Shown here in pieces: positions 26,257 through 35,600 of a stretch of DNA of 64,000 nt. This DNA is from an uncultured Fimbriimonadaceae bacterium (lineage in GTDB: Bacteria; Armatimonadota; UBA10988), in the NCBI GenBank assembly GCA_964405335.1, contig CAYONP010000017.1, positions 8,570-72,569 on the forward strand, given 5' to 3'. The notes under the pieces are model-generated. The model saw only the letters and a list, made by a program, of their open reading frames with translations, had not been told where the DNA came from and did not search any database. The first letter of the stretch is position 1. Every line of letters begins with the position of its first letter. The translations under genes and the position numbers were made by a program.

Positions 26257-27678
26257 TTACTCGATCTGCGTGCCGACCGCCTCGGGCGCCGGGTCGAGAA
26301 TCACCTCGATCGGCCGTGCCGGGCGCTCGTCGCGGACCAGCAGGCGCACCGTCTCGCCGGCGCGCTTGGCGCGGACCAGCTCGCGCAGCGCCGTTGCCGT
26401 GGCAGTGCGCTCGCCGTCGCAACTGAGCACCACCATGCCGGGCACCAGGCGGCTCTCCGCCGGCGAGGCCGGCACCACGCCGACCACCAGCGCCCCCGAC
26501 TCGTACAACCGCAGCCACGGCCAGGCCCGCCGATCGGCCTCGGTCGCCAGGGCCACGTCTCTCAGCTCGGCGCCCAGGAAGCCCGGGCCCAGCGGGCGGT
26601 TGGGCGGCCGTACGGTGCTGATCAGCGGCCGCAGCCGAACCGCCACCGTCACCGTCTCGGTCCGCCGCGCCTCGACCGTCTCGACCGCGGCGAAGTAGCC
26701 GTCGCGTTGCACCACCACCTGCACCAGAGCGGTCGTCTCGTCGCCGAGGTCGACGTCGGCGGAGCAGGGCGTCTGGCCGACGGCGACACCGTCGACGGTC
26801 ACCTCGGCGCCCGAGGGCTCGGAACTGACGGTGACCGTCGCCATCGGCCGCGGTCGGGCCAGGATCAGGTCGGCGCCGCCGGGGTTGTCGTACATCGGGT
26901 GCTGGCGGTAGCCGCGGCCGGCCGACCAGTCGGCGACCTGGCGCTGCACGTAGGCGGCGAGGTAGTCGAGCGCGACCTGGCCGTCGGCATCGGCGGCGCC
27001 GCCGCGCAGGCCGTCGACCAGGAAGCGGGTGAACGCCCCGTGGCCCGCCTCGGGCCAGGCCCAGGCTCGCTCGCCGACCTGGCAGGCGAGCAGCGTGGCC
27101 ACCGCGCGCGGTCCGTGCGCCGTCTGCGTCAGCGCCGGCCGCAGGCCGCGCGCCAGGCCCTCGGTGAGCAGGTTGTCGCCCACCCCGCGGCTGGCATAGG
27201 GGTCGTTGCGGCAGGCGTCGATGAACAGCACCACCGTACCGGCGCGGACCTCGGCCAGCACCCGACCGAGCGAGTCGAGGCCGATGCCGGTCTCCTCGAG
27301 CAGCAGCGGGTCGCTGTCGGCGGTGAGCAGGAACTGGCCCTCGGGCGTCTCGATGCCGTGCCCGGCAAAGAAGACCAGCAGCGCATCGTCGGGCCCGGCG
27401 AGCAGTCCGAGCCGCTTGACCGCCAGCAGCAGATTGGCCCGCGTCGGCGGGCGCTCGGCCGCGGCCTCCGACTCGGCGAGGTATAGCTCGACCTGCGACT
27501 CGGGCAGGCCGGCAACGGCCGGGTTGGTCAGCGTCTCGGCCACCGCGCGCGCATCCGCGGCGGCAAAGGGCACCGCGCTGAGTTCGGGGTGGGAGTAGGC
27601 TTCAATCCCCGCGACCACCGCGAACGTGTCGGCCCTGGCCAATCCGACGAGCAGCAGCACCACCGCGCCCACCCGCAT
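26257..27678 (-). CDS. secreted caspase-family (peptidase C14) protein with PEGA and PDZ domains
   Basis: Signal peptide MRVGAVVLLLVGLARA. The His/Cys dyad lies in FFAGHGIE and LFIDACRNDP. A PEGA-like segment is VTVSSEPSGAEVTVDGVAVGQTPC. The PDZ-like C-terminus is GALVVGVVPASPAESRLVPGMVVLSCDGE. Confidence 0.8.
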   Translation of the reverse strand: MRVGAVVLLLVGLARADTFAVVAGIEAYSHPELSAVPFAAADARAVAETLTNPAVAGLPESQVELYLAESEAAAERPPTRANLLLAVKRLGLLAGPDDALLVFFAGHGIETPEGQFLLTADSDPLLLEETGIGLDSLGRVLAEVRAGTVVLFIDACRNDPYASRGVGDNLLTEGLARGLRPALTQTAHGPRAVATLLACQVGERAWAWPEAGHGAFTRFLVDGLRGGAADADGQVALDYLAAYVQRQVADWSAGRGYRQHPMYDNPGGADLILARPRPMATVTVSSEPSGAEVTVDGVAVGQTPCSADVDLGDETTALVQVVVQRDGYFAAVETVEARRTETVTVAVRLRPLISTVRPPNRPLGPGFLGAELRDVALATEADRRAWPWLRLYESGALVVGVVPASPAESRLVPGMVVLSCDGERTATATALRELVRAKRAGETVRLLVRDERPARPIEVILDPAPEAVGTQIE

Positions 27679-27717
27679 CGCTGGCCCCCGATCCGACCGG
27701 GCGGCCGTGGGCGCGGG

Positions 27718-28014
27718 CTACCCGGTCTCGTAGTCGGCGACCACCACGCCGTCGGTATGCGGCTTGATCCACGTCTCCACCAGCTCGACGTGGGCCGGAT
27801 CGACGCCGTACGCCTCGAGGTCGGCACGGCTCTCGAACAGCACCCGCAGAGCCAGCTCGTAGCCGGCGCCGCGCGGGCTGAAGTTGCGGCCGCAGCTCAG
27901 CTCGCGGATCGCCTCGATCCGCGCGGGCAGGGCGCGCAGTCCATCCAGAATCGCCGCCGTCGCCTCGTCGGTCGCCGTGCTGCTCAGCTTGAACAGCACC
28001 AAGTGCTCGATCAT
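27718..28014 (-). CDS. Dabb (stress-responsive alpha/beta barrel) domain protein
   Basis: Only the last 98 codons of track ORF 27718..29115 look coding: MIEHLVLFKLSSTATDEATAAILDGLRALPARIEAIRELSCGRNFSP. Confidence 0.75.
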   Translation of the reverse strand: MIEHLVLFKLSSTATDEATAAILDGLRALPARIEAIRELSCGRNFSPRGAGYELALRVLFESRADLEAYGVDPAHVELVETWIKPHTDGVVVADYETG

Positions 28015-28073
28015 GACGCATCTCTCCCAAGCCGTGTCAACCCGCACCCGACCGGCGTCGCCGCGCCCCCAGG

Positions 28074-29990
28074 CTAGTGGGGAAACGAGAGGTACGTCCG
28101 CTGCCCCGCCCAGGCCGCCCAGACCGCCCAGAGCAGCGGAACCACGTAGTCGCCCAGGATGAGGCCGAGGAAGAACGGCATCAGCCGCCGGTAGAGCCTC
28201 ATGCCGCCGAAACGCAGCACGGCGCGCTTGACCAGCCAGGCGACGAAGAAGGGCATCCACAAGTAGTCCATCGACTGCGTGGTCGAGAGCGCGTAGCCAA
28301 TCGGGTGCAGCGGCCAGCTCAGCACCCGCGTGCGGACGAACACCAGGCCGAGCAGGATGCCGGCGCCGCCGAGCAGGCCACCCAGGTTGTAGGACGCCGG
28401 CAGGTTGCCCTTCAGCCGGTTGGCCAGCAGGTCGAACGGCTGGCGCCCGACCTGCGCCGGCCAGGCGCGGGTGACCGCCGTGTCGACCCCGTGGATGAAG
28501 TAGATGTGCAAGTGCGCCCACATCCCGGCGACGACACCGAGCAGCGTGGCGACGACCAGCGCGACCTGCAGCGGCCGGCCGAGCCCGCCGTCGTCGGGGA
28601 TTAGCCTCATGCCCTTGAGGTATTGCGGCATCACCGCGTCGCGGAAGTCGAGGTCGAACGGCATCAGCCAGGTGAAGACGGTCAGCGCCTTCGGTCCAAT
28701 CGGCGGCGAGCCGGGCAGGCGCAGGATAGCGTCGTGCGGGTGGATGCGCGGCGCAAAGGTCCAGCCACTGCCCGTCTCGGAGACAATCCGGCTGCAGCCG
28801 ACGGCGTAGACCAGGTAGACCGCCAGCCAGCTCACACCGAGCCACGGCGGCAGCCCGACGGCGCCGACAAACCAGAGCATCAACGCGAGGCAGACGAGCA
28901 GGCCGACCAGGGCCACGCGGTCGGCCGCCGGCGCGAGTCGCCGCAGCGCGCCGAGGATATCGCGCCGCGAGCGGTAGAGCGCCAGCCCGGCCAGCGCGAG
29001 GAAGGCGCCGATCGACTGCTCGGGCAGGTAGGGCGGCTGGCCGGTCTGCAGCGGTCCATCGGCCATGCCGGAGCTGACGCAGACGACGCTGGCCAGCTTG
29101 AGGATCAGGTACCAAGCCCAGCAGGCGAACGAGACATCGGTGGTGAGCAGAAAGCCGATGCCGATCATGAACGGGTAGAAGCTGAGCACGAACGGCTTCA
29201 TCGCGCCGAGCGAGCGGCTGGTGAAGGCGGTGTCAATCCTCAGCCCGCCAACCGGCTTGACGGTGATCTCGGGCACGGCGGGAATGACGTAGTGGAGGGC
29301 GTTGGCCGAATCGATCAGCATCGGAATGGCGAAGCCGAGCCAGAGCAGGGGATTGGCCCAGAAAGACCGCTCGCCGCCGCCGCGGGTCATCTCGATGGGC
29401 AGGTAGGCGAGCGGGAAGGTGAGCCGTTCGCGGTGGACCCACTGCTCGCGCAGGAGCTGCCCCAGGCAGAGCGCCGACAGCGCGAGCAGGCTCATGAACA
29501 CCGACCAGGTGAGGAACGGCCGCACCACGGCGGCCCAGTTGCCCGGCTCGTAAAGCGAGCTGTGGCCGCGGTAGAGGCGCCGCACCACGTCGGCGTCGTG
29601 AACCCACCACCAGTTCGGGATGTGGTCCTGGAAGTTGGCGTAGCTGTTCTCGGGCGTGGCGAAGTAGACCGCCGAGCCGAGGCTGGGGACGAGGAACTGG
29701 CTCCAGCCGATGCCGCCGACGGCGGTGGCGACGCACTGCATGACGTAGATCAGCAGCAGGTCCATCTCGCTCAGGCCGAGCCGCGCGCGGAACCGGCGGA
29801 GGAGCAGATTGGCGGCGACGATGAAGAACAGCACGAAGACCGGCCCGCGCAGGAGCGAGGTCTGGGTCCACAGCGTGGCCTGGGCGACGACGTAGGCGTA
29901 GACGCCGAACAGCGTCGTCGGCGGGATCAGCGCCGCGCCGAGCAGGAGACCACGCCAGGGGAGGCGCTGGGTTCGATCGGCCGCCGCCAC
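28074..29990 (-). CDS. large polytopic membrane protein (DUF6784/6785-like, tentative)
   Basis: 638 aa with at least 12 hydrophobic helices and aromatic-rich loops (HIPNWWWVHDADVVRRLY). Confidence 0.7.
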   Translation of the reverse strand: MAAADRTQRLPWRGLLLGAALIPPTTLFGVYAYVVAQATLWTQTSLLRGPVFVLFFIVAANLLLRRFRARLGLSEMDLLLIYVMQCVATAVGGIGWSQFLVPSLGSAVYFATPENSYANFQDHIPNWWWVHDADVVRRLYRGHSSLYEPGNWAAVVRPFLTWSVFMSLLALSALCLGQLLREQWVHRERLTFPLAYLPIEMTRGGGERSFWANPLLWLGFAIPMLIDSANALHYVIPAVPEITVKPVGGLRIDTAFTSRSLGAMKPFVLSFYPFMIGIGFLLTTDVSFACWAWYLILKLASVVCVSSGMADGPLQTGQPPYLPEQSIGAFLALAGLALYRSRRDILGALRRLAPAADRVALVGLLVCLALMLWFVGAVGLPPWLGVSWLAVYLVYAVGCSRIVSETGSGWTFAPRIHPHDAILRLPGSPPIGPKALTVFTWLMPFDLDFRDAVMPQYLKGMRLIPDDGGLGRPLQVALVVATLLGVVAGMWAHLHIYFIHGVDTAVTRAWPAQVGRQPFDLLANRLKGNLPASYNLGGLLGGAGILLGLVFVRTRVLSWPLHPIGYALSTTQSMDYLWMPFFVAWLVKRAVLRFGGMRLYRRLMPFFLGLILGDYVVPLLWAVWAAWAGQRTYLSFPH

Positions 29991-30047
29991 GCACCGACTC
30001 CAAGACCAGCCGTCTACGTCGCGGCGCGCCGGAGACCTCCAACCGAC

Positions 30048-30075
30048 GACCGCCGCGGCTGGCGCCGCGGCGGTC
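30048..30075 (-). terminator. GC-rich hairpin downstream of the second pilin-like gene
   Basis: GACCGCCGCGG / CCGCGGCGGTC, an 11-bp stem with a 6-nt loop, about 25 nt after the stop at 30101. There is no clear U-run. Confidence 0.4.
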
Positions 30076-30100
30076 GAGATCGCACGCTAGCTCGGTCGGC

Positions 30101-30739
30101 TCAGCGGCCGTTCCACTGGTTGATGGTCGGGCTTTCCTTGAGCGCCTTGGCGTGGCCGTCGGCGAAGCTCATGTTGCAGACTTCGTTGTGGTCACGCTCG
30201 ATCCGCCGGTTGGCATCGGCGAAGTTGACGTGATACGGGTAGTACTCGGGCCAGACGGCGCCCTGGTTGCCCGCGTTGTCGGCATAGATGGGCATCTCGG
30301 CCGGCCGGTCGAACTCGGCGATACTCCAGTACCGCGACCACGGCGGCACCGGTGCGCCCTGCCAGGCGCCGCCGAAGAAGTCCGCGTTGGCGACGTAACC
30401 ACTGAGATGGTTCTCGACCGTGGTGGTGCCGTCGAAGTGGTCATAGCGAACGTTGTAGTTCGAGCGCGGGCTGGTCGGGCACATGTAGACCTGTTTGTTC
30501 TTGATGTACGGCTGAATGAGCACCAGGTCGACATGGTTGTGCGCGCTGGGCGTGCACTCGTCGTAGTCCTGGACGTAGCCCATCACGGCCAGGCCCATCT
30601 GCTTGAGGTTGTTGAGGCACGAGGTCTGGCGGGCCTTTTCACGGGCCTTGGCGAAGACCGGGAACAGGATCGCTGCGAGGATTGCGATGATGGCAATCAC
30701 CACTAGCAGCTCGATCAGGGTGAACCCTCGGCGCTTCAT
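30101..30739 (-). CDS. prepilin-type N-terminal cleavage/methylation protein with H-X9-DG motif
   Basis: ATG 30739 after GAGGAG. The N-terminus is [29 protein letters not shown]. The C-terminal [12 protein letters not shown] is the H-X9-DG signature (DUF1559-like). Confidence 0.9.
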   Translation of the reverse strand: MKRRGFTLIELLVVIAIIAILAAILFPVFAKAREKARQTSCLNNLKQMGLAVMGYVQDYDECTPSAHNHVDLVLIQPYIKNKQVYMCPTSPRSNYNVRYDHFDGTTTVENHLSGYVANADFFGGAWQGAPVPPWSRYWSIAEFDRPAEMPIYADNAGNQGAVWPEYYPYHVNFADANRRIERDHNEVCNMSFADGHAKALKESPTINQWNGR

Positions 30740-30857
30740 GGCTTGCTCCTCATGACGCGCCCACGCCGGCGGCCGGCTGAACGAGCCCGGGTCCCATGCG
30801 ACGACCCGACACCAAACGGTGCGGGCCGACTCTCCTGCGGCGGGGCCATCTGATCGC

Positions 30858-30886
30858 AGTATACCGATTCGCCAGGCGTAACGCAA
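30858..30886 (-). promoter_or_regulatory. sigma-70-like promoter candidate for pilin-like gene 30101-30739
   Basis: On the minus strand: TTGCGT (30886-30881), a 17-nt spacer, TATACT (30863-30858). It sits immediately downstream of the terminator of the preceding paralog. Confidence 0.45.
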
Positions 30887-30894
30887 CCGCCACG

Positions 30895-30935
30895 AAAAAG
30901 GGACGGACCCAATTCCTGGAAATCGGGTCCGTCCC
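30895..30935 (-). terminator. intrinsic terminator after the upstream pilin-like gene
   Basis: On the minus strand, GGGACGGACCC-(14 nt)-GGGTCCGTCCC (11-bp stem; 30900-30910 / 30925-30935) is followed by TTTTT (30895-99). It lies 9 nt after the stop at 30944. Confidence 0.75.
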
Positions 30936-30943
30936 TATTCTGG

Positions 30944-31585
30944 TTACTGGCCGCGCCAGTCGAGCAGTGGCGGGCTCTCTTTGATGGCCTTGGCGTGGCC
31001 GTCGGCGAAGCCCACGTTGCAGATCTCGTTGTGGTCGCGCTCGATCCGCCGCGAGCCGCTGTTGAAGTTGACGTGATAGTTGTAGTAGCTGGGCCAGACG
31101 GCGCCCTGGTTGCCCGCGTTGTCGGCGTAGATGGGCATCGCCGCCGGCCGGGCGAACTCGGCCATGCTGCGGTAGCGGACCCACGGCGGCACCGGCGCGC
31201 CCTCCCAGGCGCCGCCGAAGAAGTCGTTGTTGGCCACGAAACCGTTGTTGAACGTCTGGCCCGAGCTCGACCCGCTGATGTGATACCAGCGCACTGTGTA
31301 ACGCGAGCGGATGCTCGTCGGGCAGCGGTAGACCTCGGTGTTCTTCAGGTACGGCTGAACCAGCACCAGGTCGGCATGGTGGTGACAGCTCGGGGTACAT
31401 TCGTCGTAGTCTTGAACGTACTGGTAGACCCCGAGGGTGAGCTGCTTGAGGTTCGACAGACAGGTCGTCTGTCGCGCCTTTTCGCGCGCCTTGGCGAAGA
31501 CCGGGAACAGGATCGCCGCCAGGATGGCAATGATGGCGATCACCACCAACAGCTCGATCAGCGTGAAGCCGCGTCGATGCGCCAT
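30944..31585 (-). CDS. prepilin-type N-terminal cleavage/methylation protein with H-X9-DG motif (paralog)
   Basis: ATG 31585 after AAGGAGGAG. The N-terminus is [30 protein letters not shown] and the C-terminal motif is [12 protein letters not shown]. It is roughly 70% identical by eye to the 30101-30739 product. Confidence 0.9.
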   Translation of the reverse strand: MAHRRGFTLIELLVVIAIIAILAAILFPVFAKAREKARQTTCLSNLKQLTLGVYQYVQDYDECTPSCHHHADLVLVQPYLKNTEVYRCPTSIRSRYTVRWYHISGSSSGQTFNNGFVANNDFFGGAWEGAPVPPWVRYRSMAEFARPAAMPIYADNAGNQGAVWPSYYNYHVNFNSGSRRIERDHNEICNVGFADGHAKAIKESPPLLDWRGQ

Positions 31586-31704
31586 GGTCTCCTCCTTGTC
31601 TGCTCTCACCTGCGGTCAAGCCGCCGGCGGGCTATCCATGGTGCTGCCAGTTTCATGCATTGCCGCGGCACTGTCCATCCGGCGGCCCAAAAAGTCGTGC
31701 GGCC

Positions 31705-31742
31705 GGGGGGGGGGCGGGGGGGCGGCGCCCGGCGGGGGGGGG
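31705..31742 (+). repeat. clustered homopolymeric G tracts (G10, G7, G9)
   Basis: G10 at 31705-31714, G7 at 31716-31722 and G9 at 31734-31742. They lie in the 465-nt divergent intergenic region between the pilin-like gene (31585, minus) and the hemerythrin gene (32051, plus). Confidence 0.9.
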
Positions 31743-32050
31743 CCGGTCGCGGCTGGCGAACCGCCCGTTGGCGTCGGGCGGTGGGCCATCGCCAGCCGCG
31801 TGGTCAACCGCGTCGAGGCCCAGGCAGCTTCGCGCACGCCTGGCTCCGCTCCGGAAGGCGGCACGGTCGGGCGCTCCTCCTCCCCGGTGTCTCCTCCTCA
31901 GCGGCCACTCGACGCGATCCAACATCGGATTCGCCCCGCTCCGATGCCCTCCTTCAGATCGCGCTTACTTTTTCGTCAGGAATCCGAAACATGACGCCGA
32001 CGGCGCGGCGCGCGAGGTGGTGTGCGGGTACAATGGCCGGGGAGGCAGCC

Positions 32051-32527
32051 ATGCGTCGCCATCCGGTGCTGCAGAAGCTGAGTGGCGATCATCACGGTGG
32101 TCTGGTGCAGGCGCGGCACTTGCGTGAGGCGACGCCGGCGACGGTCGAATCGCGAGCGCGGCAGTTTCTATCGCGTTGGCGGCTCGAGCTGCAGCCGCAC
32201 TTCCGCGAGGAGGAGCTGGCGCTGCTGCCGGCGGTCTGCCCGCCGCTCGAGCCACGGCATCCGGCGGTGGCCGAGATGCTGGCCCAGCACATCGAGCTGC
32301 GTGCCGAGGCCGAGCGATTGCGCGCCGCCCTGGCCGACGGCGACCGCGAGCGCCTGCTGGGCATCACCGCGGCGCTGGCCGAGCGGCTGGCCGCGCATAT
32401 CGAGCACGAGGAGCAGCAGCTGTTCGAGGCGATCCAGGCGGCGCTGAGCGACGAGGAGCTGGCCGCGCTCGGCCGCCGACTGGCTGCCTGGGAGGCCGCC
32501 GCGGCCGACGCGGGGCCGGGCTACTAG
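32051..32527 (+). CDS. hemerythrin (HHE cation-binding) domain protein
   Basis: Last 158 codons of track ORF 30995..32527, with ATG 32051 after GGGGAGG. His/Glu pattern: LSGDHHGGL, LQPHFREEELALLP, AQHIELR, LAAHIEHEEQQLF. Confidence 0.75.
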   Translation: MRRHPVLQKLSGDHHGGLVQARHLREATPATVESRARQFLSRWRLELQPHFREEELALLPAVCPPLEPRHPAVAEMLAQHIELRAEAERLRAALADGDRERLLGITAALAERLAAHIEHEEQQLFEAIQAALSDEELAALGRRLAAWEAAAADAGPGY

Positions 32528-32624
32528 GGCCACGAAAGCGGTACCTCGCGCGGTCGGATTCGGTCCCGTTGGCCCAGCACGCGAACCAGTCCGCAAGCGA
32601 TACTCGGCGTGGGAGGGGGAGGCG

Positions 32625-35600
32625 ATGAGCACTGTGACGACTGCTGTGCCGCCGGTCTGTCCGCGCTGCCGCGCCGTGCTGCCGGCGGTGCGTTGCCCGG
32701 TCTGCCGCGAGGCCGGCCACCTCGACTACCTGCTGGCCGAGCTGGCCGACTGCGCCAACCGGGGGCGAATCCCGCGCGCCGAGGCCGACGCGCTGCTGGC
32801 CGACTATCAGCAGCGGCGCGAGGCGCTGCTCGCCCCGCCGCCGCTCGAGTTTGAGCTGCCCGCCGCGCCGCCGCCCACTCAGCTGCGGCCGACCGCGCCG
32901 CCCGAGCCGGCGGCCGGGCCGACCGAGTGGCAACGCCTGGTCAGCGCCACGGGTCAGCTCGGCTGGCTCTATGCCGTTGGCGTGATGTTCATCGTCGCCG
33001 CCCTCGGCTGGCTGGTGCTCACCTCGCTCGGCACGCCGCTGGGCCGTTGGATCCTGGCGCTGGTGGTGCTCGGCCTCGCCGCGGGCTTCTGGGCCGGCGG
33101 CTGGCACGTCAGCCAGCGGCTCGGCCTGCGCACCGGCGGCGAGGCGCTGCTTGCCGTCGGCACGCTGCTGGTGCCGGCGGGGCTGTTCGCGGCCAAGTTC
33201 GCCGTCGGCCTGGGCGGACCGGCCGCCGATGCGGCGATCTGGCTGGCGGCCGCGCTGCTGGCCGCGGTGGCCGTCCGGCGTGGCCGGCTGGCGTCGCAGC
33301 TTGCGCTGGCCAATCTGCTGGCCGTGCCGGCGCTCTACCGGCTGGCCGGCTTGCTCTGGCCAGCCGCGCCGGGGCCGGCCTGCGCCGCGGCCCTGCCGCT
33401 GCTTGCCGGGGTCGATGTCTGGGCCTCGGCCCGCTGCCGACGCGCCGGCGACGAGTGGCAGCCGCTGGTGACCGCCGCGCGCTGGAGCGCCTCACTGGTC
33501 GCCGCGCTGGCGGCGATGCTGCTGCTGAGTACCAGCGGCACGGTCGGGCCTGAGTTGTTCGGGGCGCTGCTGCTCGGCGCCTCGTTGATGGCCCTGGCCC
33601 ATGAGATGGAGCGGCCCGAACTGGTCGCGCTGGCCGCCGGCACCTGGTACCTAGCCAGCGTGGCGCGGCTCGAGCCCGGCTCCGAGGCAATCGTCGCGGT
33701 GATGCTCCTGGCCGCCGGCGCGGCGGTGCGGCGCAACGAACGGTTTGACCAGTGGACCAGCGGCTGCGCCATGGCGGTCAGCGCACTGATGATCCTGCGC
33801 TGGCTGCCCGAGTACCTGGTCCGCGACGTCTCGCCGCTGTCGGCGCTCGCCTGCTGGCTGCTGGCCGCGGCCTATGCCGCGATGGCCTGGGTCTGGCGGC
33901 GGCGCCAGTTGCTGGCCGCCGCCGTGGTGGTGGCCACCGTCGCCGCCTTGATGAGCACCGCCGCGTTTGGCCTTGGACGGGCCTTCAACCCGACGCTGCT
34001 GGCGCTCCTCGCCGGCGCCGTCATGCTCGCCGCCGCCGGCGTGAAGGCCGAGTGGGACGGGCTGCCGGTGGCCCAGGCGTTGGCGCCACGGGCGCTCACC
34101 CCGCTGGTCATCGGGCTGCTCAGCGGCGCCGTCGCCTGGCAGACCGAGCCGTCCGGCCTGGTGCTGCCGGCCGGGCTGATTCTGCTGACCGCCGCGTCGT
34201 TCGTGCTGTCGTACCAGATGCGCCGGCGCGAGGTGCTCTATCTGGCGGTTGTCCACGGTGCGCTGGCCGGGCTGATCATTGCCGATTCGCTGCCCATCGA
34301 CATCGACCCGGCGTTCGCCATGGCGCTCTGGGCGGCGGCGCTGGTGGCGGCGGCGATGCTGGCCGATGACCACCTCCAGCCGCTCGAAGTCTCGGGCGTA
34401 ATCCTCGCCTCGCTGGCCGGCGTGCTGGTCCTCGGCACGGTGCTGGTCAGCGGCGCCTCGCCATCCGAGCTGGCCGCCATGCTGGTCATCGCCGCGCTGA
34501 TGGCGGTGCCGACGCTGCCCCGCCTGGCGCCGCGCAGCCACCTGCCCGAGCTGCTGGAGCTGGGCTTCCGCCCCTGGGCGGCGCTGCTCGCGGTCGCCGG
34601 CGCGGCGGCCTGCGCGTCGCTGCTGCTCGGCGCCGGGCCGGGCCTTGGTGCCGCGGCCGCGGCACTGGCCATGGCTCTGGTCAGCCGGAGCCAACCGGTG
34701 GGCCCGTGGCCGACGGTGCTGCCGCGTGCCTCGCTCGCGGTGGCCTTGGCCGCCTGTCTCGACGTCGGTTCCGACGCGCCGTGGACCCTGCTGCTGAGCC
34801 AGGCGGCGCTGCTGCTGGCCGGCCGCTGGACCGAGGCGGGGCCGATCGCCGGCTTGGTCGCCTGGCTCTACTTCCGGGCCGGCCAGGCGTTCGGTCTCGA
34901 TCCGCAGTGGGGCCGGGCGCTGGCCGTCGATGCCTCGCTCGGCATCGCCTATCTGGCCTTGATTGGCCGCAGCCAGGCGGCGCCGGCCTGCGGCGCGGTG
35001 GTGCTCGCCTCGGCGCACGCGGCGCTGGGCGGCTGGCTCGGCGTCGAAGCGGTCGACCTCTGGTTCGGCCTCTACGTCGTGGCCATGATCGTCGTCGGCA
35101 TGGCGGTCGAACGACGGGACGCCACCGCCGCCGGTGGGGTCTGCGCCGTCGCCGGGCTCGCCGCGGTCGGCACGGTGGCCGGCGCCGTCGCGGCCGAACG
35201 GGTGGTCGAGGCGAACCTGTTGCTCTACGGCTACACCGCGCTGCTCGGCCTGCTCACCTGGCTGCGCGGCCTGCCGCCACGGGCGGTGCTGTCACTCGGC
35301 ACCGTCGCGCTGGCCTACTCGTGCTGGACGGTCGCCGTGCCGTCCGAAGGGCTCAGCCTGACCGAGTTCGGCGCGCGGCTGGCGGTGGTGGTGCTCAACC
35401 AGGCATTCCTCGCCGCGGCGCTGCGCGGCAGCCCGACCTGGTGCCGGCAGCTGCTCGAAATCGCCTCGGTGGTCGCCGTGCTCAGCCTGGTGGCGATGTT
35501 CGCGCCGGCCGACCGGCCAACCGTCTACGGCCTCGCGGCGCTCTGCGCGGCCAGCCTGACCAGCACCTGGACCACCGGCGACCGGCGGCTGAACGACCTC

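Noticed and set aside
24236-26698. 820-aa plus-strand ORF. Similar long ORFs were also considered: 2686..4434(-), 4115..5650(-), 4813..6639(+), 14165..15994(-), 28623..30233(+), 40324..41919(+), 43551..45416(+), 54934..56769(-) and 57560..59152(-).
   Set aside because: All are antisense to, or out of frame with, genes that have clear family motifs. All are extremely Arg/Gly/Ala/Pro-rich with no recognisable domains, so I treat them as GC-driven artefacts.
30995-32527. 510-aa plus-strand ORF spanning the pilin-like gene region and the long intergenic region.
   Set aside because: Its first 352 codons are antisense to the pilin-like gene or run through the G-tract intergenic region, with junk composition. 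Only the last 158 codons (from ATG 32051, with an RBS) form a coherent hemerythrin domain.
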